This document shows, piece after piece, positions 47,311-58,800 of a stretch of DNA of 64,000 nt. The notes beneath the pieces are model-generated. The model was given only the letters and a program-made list of their open reading frames with translations, made no database searches and was not told the origin of the DNA. Position 1 is the stretch's first letter. Each line of letters opens with the position of its first letter. The translations under genes were made by a program, and so were the position numbers. This stretch comes from Thermodesulfobacteriota bacterium (GTDB taxonomy: Bacteria; Desulfobacterota; Desulfobacteria; Desulfobacterales; SURF-7), in NCBI GenBank assembly GCA_049320885.1, contig JBMORA010000025.1, forward strand, positions 32,001-96,000. The letters run 5' to 3'.

Positions 47311-48132
47311 TCATTTCACCCGGGACGCCCATTGATCCGTTTCAAACCAGTAGATTTTCCGCATTTGGAAAAATCCCTCCGAGCTGGTTTTCAGAATCCA
47401 GTTGTTAAAAAAATTCAAGGCGTCGTGATCCCCCTTGCGCACGGCAAAGCCGATGGGTTCCCGGGTGAAGGTCCCCGAGATGGGTAAAAACAACATTTCC
47501 GGATTTTTCAGGGCCTGAAACGCCGGCAGGGGCGCCGAGGCCACCATGGCGTGCACCCGGCCGAGGGTCAACTCCTGGATGGCCTGACTTTCGTTGTCGA
47601 ACACCCGCAGGGTCGCCTTGGGCATGAACTGCCTGGCCGCCTGTTCCGCCGTGGTGCCGATGCGCACCGCGATGGTCACCTCCTTTTTATCGAAGTCGGC
47701 CAGGGTGCTGAATCCCGAGGCTTTTTCCCGGTGGGCCACGATGGACATCCCCGAATAATCATACGGATTGGTGAAATTGACTTTGAGGTTGCGCTGGGGG
47801 GTGACCCCCATGCCGCCGATGATCACGTCGAACTTGCCGGTCAACAGGGCCGGGATGATGCCGGACCAGGCGGTGGGTACGAATTCCACCCGGACGCCCA
47901 TATCCTCCGCCAGTTTTCTGGCCACGTCGATTTCAAAGCCGATCAGTTCACCGTTCTTATCCTTCATGGCCCAGGGAACGAACGTGGACATTCCCACCCG
48001 GATGACCCCGGCTTTCTGGATGCTTTCAATAACGCTTTCCCCGGCAGCCGGATGGGCGGTTTCACCGGTCGCGACCGGTGCCGCCAGACAGAGGATCAGC
48101 AACGCCGTGATTCCTTTCCAGACATGCTTCAT
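47311..48132 (-). CDS. Polar amino-acid ABC substrate-binding protein
   Basis: Signal peptide, PWAM, GFEIDVA, WSGIIPALLTGKFD, FAVRKGD. Confidence 0.92.
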   Translation of the reverse strand: MKHVWKGITALLILCLAAPVATGETAHPAAGESVIESIQKAGVIRVGMSTFVPWAMKDKNGELIGFEIDVARKLAEDMGVRVEFVPTAWSGIIPALLTGKFDVIIGGMGVTPQRNLKVNFTNPYDYSGMSIVAHREKASGFSTLADFDKKEVTIAVRIGTTAEQAARQFMPKATLRVFDNESQAIQELTLGRVHAMVASAPLPAFQALKNPEMLFLPISGTFTREPIGFAVRKGDHDALNFFNNWILKTSSEGFFQMRKIYWFETDQWASRVK

Positions 48133-48190
48133 GGTCTACTCCTTTCCTAGTTGCGGCTCTGTTATCCATGACGGATGGTTCCAAACCGCT

Positions 48191-48970
48191 TCACTCGTGA
48201 ATCCCGAACCGTTTTTCAAGCCTCGCGATCATCAACGCCAAGGGGGCGGTGAGCAAAAAATAACAAAAGGCCACCGTGAACCAGATTTCGAATGTCAGGA
48301 ACGTATCCGACACGATCCTCCGCCCCTGCATGGTGAGATCGAAAATCGAGATGGTGCTGACCAGGGCCGAATCCTTGATCAGGGAAACGCTCTGACCTGC
48401 CAGCATCGGCAATATCTGGGGCATGACCTGGGGCACTACTATGTCTCGATAGATATCGAAAACGGACATCCCCAGGCTGAGGCCCGCCTCCCATTGCCCC
48501 CTGGGCAGACTGATAATGCCCGCGCGGATGATTTCGGATGCATAGGCCCCCTCGAACAGACAAAGGGCCGCAAGGGCGGAAACAAACGGCGACAGGCCCA
48601 GCACCGGGGAAATGACGAAATACATCACAAACAGCTGGATCAGAAGGGGCGTGTTGCGGACAAGCTCCACATAACAAACCGCCAGAAGCCTCAGGATGGG
48701 AGATGCGGACAGTCGCATCAGGGCCGTGACAACTCCGATTCCCATGGCCAGCAGCAGACCCAGGGATGAAATCGTCAGGGTCACCGTCAATCCGTCCAAC
48801 AGCATGCCCGTGACGATCTTTCCATTCTCAACGGTGAACAGATATTCCGGTATGCGGTACCACTGCCAGTTATACTGCAGGCGATGGTAGCCGATGAATC
48901 CCACCGAAAATAGCGTTCCAAGGAACAGGAGATTCCCCCCGTACCGTTTGACCAGTCGCCGGCAGATCAT
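48191..48970 (-). CDS. Polar amino-acid ABC permease
   Basis: RNTPLLIQL, AYASEIIRAG, GQWEAGLSLG, IKDSAL. Start at about 48970; the track ORF is over-extended. Confidence 0.9.
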   Translation of the reverse strand: MICRRLVKRYGGNLLFLGTLFSVGFIGYHRLQYNWQWYRIPEYLFTVENGKIVTGMLLDGLTVTLTISSLGLLLAMGIGVVTALMRLSASPILRLLAVCYVELVRNTPLLIQLFVMYFVISPVLGLSPFVSALAALCLFEGAYASEIIRAGIISLPRGQWEAGLSLGMSVFDIYRDIVVPQVMPQILPMLAGQSVSLIKDSALVSTISIFDLTMQGRRIVSDTFLTFEIWFTVAFCYFLLTAPLALMIARLEKRFGIHE

Positions 48971-49020
48971 CGCCGTGTCACGGACGGATGCAAGCGGCCC
49001 GCCTTCCCGCTCTCTGCTGT

Positions 49021-50133
49021 TCACGGCTGCCCGGCTCCAGGCTCCTGCTGAGGACCGGCGGAGGAGAGTTCCACGGCGTCCTCGTTGATCCAGGCGGACA
49101 ACAGGGTATGGCTGATGGCCAGAACCACGGGGCCCACAAAAATGCCGATGAGCCCGAAGGCGATCAAGCCGCCGACCACGCCGGCGAAAATGAGCAGCAA
49201 CGGCAGATCGGCCCCCTTCTTGATCAGGATGGGACGCAGAAACCCATCCATGGTTCCCACCACCACGGTCCAGAGCAGCAGAAACGTCCCCCAGCCGCTG
49301 CTCCCGCTCACATACAGCCAGATCACCGAAGGCACCAGCACCGGCATGGGACCGATCTGGGCGATGGCCAGCATGAACATCACCGCCGTCAAGATCGTGG
49401 CGAAGGGGATGCCGGTGACGGCCAGACCGATCCCCCCCAGGATCGACTGGGCCAGGGCCGTGACCACCACGCCCAGGGCCACGCCCCGCACGGCCTGTCC
49501 GGCCAGGCGGACCGAGTTCTCGCCCCTGGTTCCCGCCAACCGGCGGCCAAAGCGTAAAATCCACAGGGCCCCCCGCTCCCCCTTGGCATACAACAGGGTC
49601 GCCATCACCACCGTGAGCAGGAATTGCAGCAACAAGGCGCCGAACCCACCGACCTCCTTGGCGAACCATTGGACGCTTTTACCGATGTAGGGGGCCAGTT
49701 TTTTCATGAAATCCTCTATGCCTTCCGCCGTCACCTTCTCCCAGGCCGCCACCAGATCGTCGCCGATGAACGGTATCCGGGGCAGCCACTCCGGCGGCGT
49801 GGAAACATGCAGGTTGGAGAGATATTTCACCCATTCGACGATGCGGTCCGTATTCGATACGATGGTGCCGATGGCCAGCCATAGCGGAACGATCAGAATG
49901 CACAGCAGCAGCACGGTCATCACGGCCACGGCCGGGGAGCGGCGCCCGCCCAGCCGGTCCTGGATGGAAGTCATGAGCGGCCAGGTGGCCGTCACGATGG
50001 TCACGGCCCAGATGGAAGCACCCATAAAGGGACGCAGGATCCACAGCGTCGTCCCTATGAGGAGGCCGATAAAGAGCACTGCCAGAAAAATGCGGGAAAT
50101 ATCGTAACGACTTTCGGTCATGATGCGCCTCAT
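49021..50133 (-). CDS. ydiK: AI-2E family transporter
   Basis: IVTATWPL, AVRGVALGVVVTALAQ, LRPILIKKGADLPLLLIFAGVVGGL..FG.IG.FVGPV. Confidence 0.9.
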   Translation of the reverse strand: MRRIMTESRYDISRIFLAVLFIGLLIGTTLWILRPFMGASIWAVTIVTATWPLMTSIQDRLGGRRSPAVAVMTVLLLCILIVPLWLAIGTIVSNTDRIVEWVKYLSNLHVSTPPEWLPRIPFIGDDLVAAWEKVTAEGIEDFMKKLAPYIGKSVQWFAKEVGGFGALLLQFLLTVVMATLLYAKGERGALWILRFGRRLAGTRGENSVRLAGQAVRGVALGVVVTALAQSILGGIGLAVTGIPFATILTAVMFMLAIAQIGPMPVLVPSVIWLYVSGSSGWGTFLLLWTVVVGTMDGFLRPILIKKGADLPLLLIFAGVVGGLIAFGLIGIFVGPVVLAISHTLLSAWINEDAVELSSAGPQQEPGAGQP

Positions 50134-50665
50134 TTGGTAATTGGGAGCCGGTATTCACTAGCCGGAGCGAGGATGATCCTGTTTTATCGTCAAATGCCAT
50201 AATGGTCAAGACCGGGATTGATACGACCGCGGCGCCGAGAAATGTATTTGCTACCCCTGATCGGCAACGGATTTCCGAAAAAACGGGACTGATTCCTATC
50301 ACAATGGACGAATCCGGTTTTTCCGTAATACCGACAGGACCTGCTTGGGAGCCGGGATCAGATGCCTCGTCATAGCCTTTTGTAATCAAACAATTATTTT
50401 TCTATGCGGGCAATCAAACCTGAATCGGCCCGCTTTTTGCTCGCCTTTTGCCGTTATGGATTGATGGATTGATCAGCGGGCTGGTCGACAGATATAATCA
50501 CAGCCGTCTGGAAATCCACAGCACCCCCGACAAAAACCCAAGGAAAAAGCGGCTCGGAAGAATCGGCCTCATCCAAGAGGCTGATAGGCACAGTGGCGAT
50601 TTCAGGACGGGATGGGCTGAAATTGCCGTTTACCCCACCAACAGCACAAACGAAGGAGGATACCG

Positions 50666-51322
50666 ATGAAAAAAACCGCCTTTTTGGCAATTACCGCATT
50701 TCTTTGCCTGCAGGCATCGGTCATGGCGACCGGTAGCAGTAATTCCGTAAACACGGAGATGGCCCAAAAGATGCTGCTGGAAGGCAACAAGCGCTATAGC
50801 GAAGGCAAACCGATTCATCCCAACCAAAACGCCGGCCGGCGAATGGAATTGGCCCAGAGCCAGAAACCTTTCGCGGTGATTCTGAGCTGCTCCGATTCCA
50901 GAGTGCCGCCGGAAATTCTTTTTGATCAGGGCATCGGCGATCTTTTCGTGATCCGTATCGCCGGCAACATCCTCACGGCCGAGGCTCTGGGGAGCATCGA
51001 ATATGCCGTCGAACACCTGGGAGTCAGCTACATAATGGTGCTCGGCCATGAGCGCTGCGGAGCCGTGAGCGCCGCGGTTAAAGGCGGCGAAGCCCCCGGG
51101 CATATCGGCAGCCTGGTGAAGGCGATCCAGCCGGCGGTCTCCCAGGCCAACAATAAACCCGGAGATGTCATTGAAAATGCGGTGGAAGCCAATGTGGGGA
51201 TCGTCGTCCAACAGCTGAAAACCTCGGTCCCGATTCTCAAAGAATTCGTGGAAAAGAGCAAGATAACGGTCGTCGGTGCACGATACGACCTCGATGATGG
51301 GATCGTGGCCATTCTGAAATAG
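50666..51322 (+). CDS. Beta-class carbonic anhydrase with signal peptide
   Basis: CSDSRVPPE, RIAGN, SIEYAV, GHERCGAV. RBS ggagga. Confidence 0.93.
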   Translation: MKKTAFLAITAFLCLQASVMATGSSNSVNTEMAQKMLLEGNKRYSEGKPIHPNQNAGRRMELAQSQKPFAVILSCSDSRVPPEILFDQGIGDLFVIRIAGNILTAEALGSIEYAVEHLGVSYIMVLGHERCGAVSAAVKGGEAPGHIGSLVKAIQPAVSQANNKPGDVIENAVEANVGIVVQQLKTSVPILKEFVEKSKITVVGARYDLDDGIVAILK

Positions 51323-51584
51323 AACGCTGCGCTTTACATCGGACCAGAAGACCAAAAGGCAGTCCAGGCATGGCCCTGGCTGCCTTTTTTCACCCCCATC
51401 CATTTAACAGTCTGATACAAAATGGTTTTTTTTATTGCCAGCACCGGCAAAAAGTGCTAATCATTTGCATCGTCCGGTCGAAAACCGGAACATCATTTGG
51501 ACCTGTAACCTTCACCTGGATCACCCAGCCTGAAACAATCCATGCGGTCGTATCCTGAGCTCTTTTTCACTTTCTTTTGGAGAA

Positions 51585-54500
51585 ATGATGAACCCCGCCG
51601 GACAATCTCGAATCAGCATCCTCAGCGCCTTGCTGCTGATCATTTCCGCGACGGTGGTGACGGTTACCGGCGCCTTCACGCTCATCCTCGTTCATTACAG
51701 AACCTCGGGACTGATCGCGGAAGCCGACGCCGAACTATTGACCGCCGCAGAAATGATCCGCGAACTTCACGGTACCGGCTACCATGACCGGATCACGGAT
51801 GCCGCATCGGTTTCGGAAGAACATTTCCGCCGCATTGTCGCGAAAAACGATGAACTTTGCCGGCGGTTGAACCTGCAGTATCTGTGGAGCGTTCTGCTGG
51901 TGAACGACCGGCTCGTCTTCACATCCGCGACTCACGTGGATCCGAAAGACCCGAACTCGCCGTGCGCCGCCTTCTTCGAATCCCACCGGGACCCGCGATC
52001 CTTTGCGGCGGCGCTGACCCCGGGTGCCGGCCCCACTTTTTCCTCCTTTCACAATGAATGGGGAGAAGGCCGGCAGGTATTGATCCCGTGGAAAGACGCC
52101 CATGGCCGCACCTGTATTTTCGGCGCCAGCACCCAATTGACCCGACTTCGCTCCATGGTGCGCCGAACCATCTTGAATTCGATCGGAATCGGGCTGACCG
52201 TGTTGTGCGGCGCGCTGCTGGTCACCCTGGCCGTCGGACGGTCCCTGGTGAAACCCATCGCCAGTCTGACGAAGGCCGCCGGCCGGATGGTTCAGGGTGA
52301 TCTCCATGTCCCGCTGAAGTCCTCGCGGATCATGGAAATACAGGAGCTCGAAAATGCATTCGACCAGATGCGACGGCAATTGCAGCGGGACCTTGCGGCG
52401 CTGCGGGAAAGCGAGTCCAAGAACAGGGCCCTGCTGAACGCCCTGCCGGATCTGATGTTTCTGTTCGACGGGAACGGCGTGTTTCTCGATTATCATGCGC
52501 CGGAAGCCGAACCTCTTTTACTCGCGCCGGAACTGTTCGTCGGTCGTTCCGTCCGGAACGCACTCGATCCGGGGCTTGCGGAACTGACCATGACCCATCT
52601 GACCCAAGTGATTACCGGGGGGCAGTCGTCTTCCTACAGGTATGAGGTCAAGATCAACGGCGAAACCAGAATCTATGAAAGCCGCATGGTGCCGTGCTCG
52701 GAAAACAAGGCGCTGGCCATCGTTCGCGATATCACCGGACAGGAACATTACAAAAAAATCCTCACCCAGCGGGAAGAATACCTGCGCACCATTCTTCAGA
52801 CCGCCGTGGACGGGTTCTTGGTCATCGACGGCAAGGGAAAACTCGTCGAGGTCAACGACTCCTATTGCCGCATGTCGGGTTACACGCGTGACGAACTCCT
52901 GCAGTTCCGGATTTCCGATGTGGAAGCTGTCGAGACCGCTGCCGAAACATCCACACGGATCGAGAGAATCCGTTCGAAAGAATACGAGATCTTCGTTACC
53001 CGGCATCGCAAAAAGGACGGCGGATATCTGGATCTCGAAATATCCGTCAATTTTCTGGGCCTGGAAGGCGGGAAATTCATCTGTTTCTGCCGCGACCTGA
53101 CCGAGCGCAAAGAACGGGAAGACCGCATCGCCTTGCTGGGCCGGATGCTGGATGTTGCGCCGGCCGCCATCACGATCCATGATACCGGAGGAACCTTCCT
53201 GTTTGCCAACAAAATGACCTGGGAACTGCACGGATACAGCAGCAAGGATGCGTTCATGGCCCTCAGCCTCCGCGACCTCGATGTGCCGGAAAGCGCGGCC
53301 ATGCTGGCCGAAAGGGTCCGGCTGATTTCCGAGCAGGGAGAAGCGCGCTTCGAGGTCGCCCATTATCGCCGGGACGGCTCCATCTTCCCGCTGGAGGTGC
53401 TCGCCAAGGAGATCGAATGGGAAGGACGGCCCGCCATCCTCAGCATCGCCGCCGACATCACCGCCCGGAAACAGGCGGAGGCGGCCTTGCGGGAAAGCGA
53501 GGAGTTGTTCCGGAAATTTCTGGAAGAGGCCCCGGACGGGGTTTACATGAACGATCTGGAAGGCAATTTCCTTTACGGTAACCGGAAAGCCGAGGAAATC
53601 ATCGGCTACAGCCGGGAGGAACTCATCGGCCGGAATTTCCTGGAGCTGCCCATCCTGGCGGAAAGCAGCCTGCCCCGGGCCGCCGAATTGCTCCAGGCGA
53701 ACATCGAGGACCAATCCACCGGACCGGACGAACTGGAACTGATCGCCAGGGATGGCCGGCGGATTCCGGTGGAGATCAACACCAGCGTGACGCATCATTC
53801 CGGCAAAAAAATCGTCCTGGCCTTTGTCAGAGACACCACGGAACGGAAAAAATCGGAAAAGGCCTTACGCAACAGTGAGGCTGAATACCGGGCGCTGTAT
53901 GAAGGCGCGGCCATCGGTATCTTTCATTCAACATTTGAAGGCCGGTTTTTAGACGTGAATCCCGCCTTGGCGAAAATGCTCGGTTATTCTTCCCCCCCGG
54001 AAGTACTGAATTCCATTTATAACATTGCCGAACAGATTTATGCATCGCCTCCAAAACGCGACCAAATCATTACGGATTTATTGGCGCAAGGCAAAACGGT
54101 TACGCTGGAAAACAGATACCGCCGCAAGAACGGAGAAGAATGGGACGCCTTCCTTCACTTGAGATATGTGGTCGATGAACAGGGAAAGCCCAAGCATCTG
54201 GAAGGATTTGTCGAAGACATAACCGAACGCAAACTGGCCGAAAACCTGTTGCGCGAAAGCGAGGCGCGGTTCAAGGCATTGCACAACGCCTCCTTCGGCG
54301 GCATCGCCATTCATGATCGGGGCGTGATCATCGACTGCAACCAGGGACTGGCGGAGATGACCGGCTATTCCTTGAACGAATTGATCGGCATGAACGGATT
54401 GCTGCTGATCGCCGAAAAGTCCAGAAAGCTGGTAATGGACAACATCTCATCCGGTTATGAAAAACCATATGAGGCTTTCGGGCTGCGCAAAAACGGCGAA

Positions 54501-55787
54501 GCGTTCCCCATCCGGCTGGAGGCCCGCAATATCCCCTACGAAGGGAGACAAGTCCGGACGGTCGAATTCAGGGACATCACCGAAGCCAAAAAGGCCGAGG
54601 AAGAACGGACAAAACTCCAGGCCCAGCTGCTCCAGTCCCAGAAGATGGAATCCGTGGGCCGTCTGGCCGGGGGCGTGGCCCATGATTTCAACAACATGCT
54701 CATGATCATCATCGGCAACGCCGAAATGGCCCTGGATGAAACCGAGCCGTCCGCCCCCCTTGCCGCGCACCTGCAGGAAATCATGGCCAGCGCCCGGCGC
54801 TCGGCCGACCTCACCCGCCAGCTCCTGGCCTTTGCCCGCAAGCAGACCGTCAGCCCCCGGGTGCTGGACCTGAACGAGGTCGTCTCCGGCATGATCAAGA
54901 TGCTCCAGCGCCTCATCGGCGAGGACATCGACCTGGTCTGGAAACCCTCCTCCCGGCTCTGGCCGGTCAACATGGACCCCTCCCAGATCGACCAGATCCT
55001 GGTCAACCTGGCGGTCAACGCCCGGGACGCCATCACCGGTGTGGGCAACCTGACCATTGAAACCGAAAACGCCGTCTTTGACGAAACCGATTGCATGGCC
55101 CATGCAGGTCTCATTCCCGGCGAATACGTGCGGCTTTCGGTGAGCGACACCGGCTGCGGCATGGGGCAGGAAACCATCGAACATCTTTTCGAGCCGTTTT
55201 ACACCACCAAGGAGGTCGGCAAGGGGACGGGGCTGGGGCTGGCCACGGTGTACGGAATCGTCCGGCAGAACGACGGGTTCATTCATGTCCACAGCGAACC
55301 GGGACACGGCACGACCTTTAAAATCCACATCCCCAGAACCCAGGCCGCCGCGGAGACGGCGCCCCAGGAAAGCGGCCGGAAACCGGCCGGCGGCACGGAA
55401 ACGGTGCTGCTGGTGGAAGACGAGCCGGCGATCCTGAAACTGGCCCAGGCGATTCTGGAGCGCTACGGTTACACGGTGCTCGCGGCCCGCACGCCCCGGG
55501 AAGCAAGGGAGATCGCCGGCAGCCACCCGGATCCGATTCACCTGCTGATCACCGACGTGGTCATGCCCCAGATGAACGGCCGGGATTTGCTGGAAAGCAT
55601 CGCGACCCTCCGGCCGGAAATCAGGGTCCTCTTCATGTCCGGGTATACGGCCGACGTCATCGCCCACCACGGAGTCCTGGACGAGGGGATTCACTTTCTG
55701 CAAAAACCCTTCTCCGTCCGGACCCTCTCCGCGGCTGTCCGAGACGTGCTGGACAGGGAAGAGGCCCTTGAAACAAAATCCTTCTGA
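51585..55787 (+). CDS. Membrane hybrid histidine kinase: periplasmic domain, HAMP, about 6 PAS, receiver
   Basis: 2 TM helices, HAMP (KPIASLT...EIQELENAFDQM), repeated PAS/PAC (DITERK-like ends), AHDFNN, receiver. Confidence 0.93.
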   Translation: MMNPAGQSRISILSALLLIISATVVTVTGAFTLILVHYRTSGLIAEADAELLTAAEMIRELHGTGYHDRITDAASVSEEHFRRIVAKNDELCRRLNLQYLWSVLLVNDRLVFTSATHVDPKDPNSPCAAFFESHRDPRSFAAALTPGAGPTFSSFHNEWGEGRQVLIPWKDAHGRTCIFGASTQLTRLRSMVRRTILNSIGIGLTVLCGALLVTLAVGRSLVKPIASLTKAAGRMVQGDLHVPLKSSRIMEIQELENAFDQMRRQLQRDLAALRESESKNRALLNALPDLMFLFDGNGVFLDYHAPEAEPLLLAPELFVGRSVRNALDPGLAELTMTHLTQVITGGQSSSYRYEVKINGETRIYESRMVPCSENKALAIVRDITGQEHYKKILTQREEYLRTILQTAVDGFLVIDGKGKLVEVNDSYCRMSGYTRDELLQFRISDVEAVETAAETSTRIERIRSKEYEIFVTRHRKKDGGYLDLEISVNFLGLEGGKFICFCRDLTERKEREDRIALLGRMLDVAPAAITIHDTGGTFLFANKMTWELHGYSSKDAFMALSLRDLDVPESAAMLAERVRLISEQGEARFEVAHYRRDGSIFPLEVLAKEIEWEGRPAILSIAADITARKQAEAALRESEELFRKFLEEAPDGVYMNDLEGNFLYGNRKAEEIIGYSREELIGRNFLELPILAESSLPRAAELLQANIEDQSTGPDELELIARDGRRIPVEINTSVTHHSGKKIVLAFVRDTTERKKSEKALRNSEAEYRALYEGAAIGIFHSTFEGRFLDVNPALAKMLGYSSPPEVLNSIYNIAEQIYASPPKRDQIITDLLAQGKTVTLENRYRRKNGEEWDAFLHLRYVVDEQGKPKHLEGFVEDITERKLAENLLRESEARFKALHNASFGGIAIHDRGVIIDCNQGLAEMTGYSLNELIGMNGLLLIAEKSRKLVMDNISSGYEKPYEAFGLRKNGEAFPIRLEARNIPYEGRQVRTVEFRDITEAKKAEEERTKLQAQLLQSQKMESVGRLAGGVAHDFNNMLMIIIGNAEMALDETEPSAPLAAHLQEIMASARRSADLTRQLLAFARKQTVSPRVLDLNEVVSGMIKMLQRLIGEDIDLVWKPSSRLWPVNMDPSQIDQILVNLAVNARDAITGVGNLTIETENAVFDETDCMAHAGLIPGEYVRLSVSDTGCGMGQETIEHLFEPFYTTKEVGKGTGLGLATVYGIVRQNDGFIHVHSEPGHGTTFKIHIPRTQAAAETAPQESGRKPAGGTETVLLVEDEPAILKLAQAILERYGYTVLAARTPREAREIAGSHPDPIHLLITDVVMPQMNGRDLLESIATLRPEIRVLFMSGYTADVIAHHGVLDEGIHFLQKPFSVRTLSAAVRDVLDREEALETKSF
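54623..55732 (+). repeat. 1,110-bp direct repeat, copy 1 (HisKA-HATPase-receiver)
   Basis: Matches 59590-60699 at offset 4,967. Alternative-frame ORFs in both copies translate identically. Confidence 0.93.
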
Positions 55788-55819
55788 AAAACACCATCCC
55801 CCATTCGAGGTCATGCGGC

Positions 55820-58800
55820 ATGATGTATATTGATCTTGTTCTGAATCTGTCGTTGCTGGTTGCGTTGAGCAGCGTTTCCGGTTTCATCGAGAAACGCCTG
55901 CCGCGACGCCCCTTGGCCAGCCAACTGATGCAGGGCCTGCTTTTTGGAGGAGCCGCCGTGCTGGGTATGTTGCGGCCACTGCATCTCGAGCCTGGCTTGA
56001 TCTTAGACGGCCGGTCCGTCATGGTGAGTCTTTGCGCCATGATTTTCGGTCCCCTGGCCGGGTCAGCGGCGGGGGCGATAACTATTTTTTGCCGTCTGCT
56101 GCTGGGCGGTATGGGCACGCTGACCGGCGTCCTGGTGATCCTATCTTCTCTTGGAATCGGGCTGATTTTTCACTCCCGGGTTAAAACATCGGCTGAGCCG
56201 CCATCGGTTCGGATGCTGTTCGGGTTCGGCGCGGCCGTCCATCTCGCCATGCTGGCCCTCATGCTCACCCTGCCGGGTGGGGCCGGCCCGGCTGTCCTGA
56301 AACGTATCGGCCTGCCCGTGATCTTGCTGTATCCGCTTGCGACGGTCCTCTCCGGAAAGGTGCTGGCGGATCAACTGGAAAGCGAACGTCGCCTGGCGGC
56401 GCTGCGGGAAAGTGAGAAGCTCTATCGTCTCCTGGTGGAAACAGCCAATGAAGGTATCTGGTCCATGGACGGTGACCACCACACCACTTATGTCAATCGT
56501 GCCATGGCGGCCATGCTGGGCTACACACCTGAGGAAATGCTCGGGAAACCGGTCGAGGCCTTCTTCTTCTCGGAAGACATGGCGTTTCATGAACAGCGGA
56601 TGCAGCAACGCCATGCGGGTGCGGATGAGATCTATGAACGCCGCTTCAGACGCCGGGACGGAAGCCCTCTATGGACCATGGTCGCAGCCAAGGCCCGGCA
56701 GGACCCTGACGGACGTTTTGCCGGATCATTCGCCATGTTCACCGATATAACCGCGCACAAGACGGCCGAAGAAAGCCTTAAAGCCGGACGGGCGGAACTG
56801 CATGCCCTGCTCGACGCCGTCAAGGAATCCGTTTTCCTAATGGAAACGGACGGCACCATCGTGGCCCTGAACCAAACCACCGCCGTGCGGCTGGGCTCCA
56901 ATGCCGAGGACATGATCGGACAAAACATGTTCGATATCCTGCCGCCGGATGTCGCAAGAAGAAGACGGGCCTACGTGGAACAGGTTATCGCCGATGGCAA
57001 ACCGGTGCGCTTCGAGGATCAACGCAATGGGATGTGGATTGACAATTCCATCTATCCGGTTACGGACGAATCCGGCCGGGTGATGCGCCTTGCGATTTAT
57101 GGTCATGATATCACCGAGCGTAAAATGTCAGAACAGGCGCTCATGGAAAGCAAACGCTTGTTGGACGCCACTCAGCAGCTAGCCAAAATCGGCGGCTGGG
57201 AATGGGACACGGAACGACGAACCATGACCTGGACCGACGAAACCTATCGCATTCACGATCTCGCGCCCGGCCGCTTCCAGCCCGGCGCGCCGGAACACAT
57301 CCAGCGTAGTCTTGAATGCTATGATGCGGCAGACCGACCGATGATCGATGAAGCCTTCCGGCTCTGTGTCGAGGAAGGGCGTGCCTACAACCTGGAATTA
57401 CCGTTCACCGATGCCAGTGGACGACGGATATGGATCCAGACATCGGCCCGCCCCGTCATGAAAGATCGACGGGTGGTCAAAGTGATCGGCAATCTCATGG
57501 ATATCACCGAACGCAAGAATGCCGAGAGGGAGTTGCGGGAAAGCGAGCACAAATTTTCCAGAATATTCAAGTCCAATGCCGCGTTGATGGCCATCAGCAC
57601 CCTGCAGGAGGGCCGATTCATAGATGTGAACGACGAATTTTTACGGGTACTGGGTTTTGGTTATGATGAAGTAGTCGGAAAATCATCGCTCGAGCTGGGC
57701 TTTTTTGCACACACCGCGCAACGGACAACCTTGGTCGATCTGATCCGGGAGAAAGAGCAGCTCCACAACATCGAGATCGATATGCGGACCCGGAGCGGCG
57801 AAATCCGGCGCGGTCTTTTTTCAGGAAGCATCATCCATCTGAAAGACCAGGAATGCTGGCTGACGGTTTTGAAAGACATCACCGCGCGCATGCAGGCAGA
57901 GGAATCCCTGCGCCTGAGCGAAAAAACACACCGCGCGCTGATTCAGGGCATACCGGATATCGTCATGCGTTTCGACCAGCAGGGCCGCCACCTGTTCGTC
58001 TCTGAAAACGTAATGAAACTGACCGGCATCCAGGCCGCCGCCTTTATCGGCAAAACCCATCGCGAGCTAGGCTTCCCGGAAGAGCAATCCCGTTACTGGG
58101 AAGATTGCATCCGGAAAGTGTTCCGCGACGGCGAAATGGTTGAAACCGAATTCACCTACGAAGGCATCAACGGGCAATCGGTTTTCAACTGGCGGCTCAT
58201 TCCTGAATTCGACACATCGGAAAAGGTCAGCTCGGTTCTTTCCCTGAGCCGGGATATCACCCTGCATCGCCGGGCCGAGCAGAATTATGAAACCCTTTTC
58301 CGGGAAATGATGGACGGATTCGCCCTGCACGAAATCATCCATGACAGCCAGAACCGTCCCGCGGACTATCGCTTTCTGGCGGTAAATCCAGCGTTTGAAC
58401 GCCTGACCGGTCTTGCGGCCCGGGAAATTGTCGGCAAGACTGTCCTGGAAATCATGCCCGAAACCGAACGGCATTGGATCGATATTTACGGACAGGTGGC
58501 CATGACCGGCGAATCGATCTTTTTTGAAAATTATTCAAAGGTATTGAATAAATATTTCGAAGTCTCCGCCTTCCGGCCCGGTCCCGACCAGTTCGCCTGT
58601 ATCTTTGCCGACATCACCGACCGCAAGGCGATACAGGAGCAGCGTGAGCGTCAACTGACCTTTTCACGGGCGTTAAATAAGATCTCGGAATTCACCATCG
58701 CCAACGACAACCCGGACGCCATCCTGGAAATCAGCAACCGCATCATCGGCGAGGCATTGTGTGCCGACAGAATGCTGATTTATGATATCTCCTTTGCGGA

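Noticed and set aside
18680..49669. Apparent long N-terminal extensions on aroB (18680), the TPR gene (27154) and the permease (49669) in the ORF track
   Set aside because: They are open frames overlapping the upstream genes; coupled or better-placed starts exist at 19067, 28534 and about 48970.
50134..50665. Small ORFs or ncRNA between ydiK and the carbonic anhydrase
   Set aside because: No convincing RBS, protein motif or RNA structure could be supported by eye.
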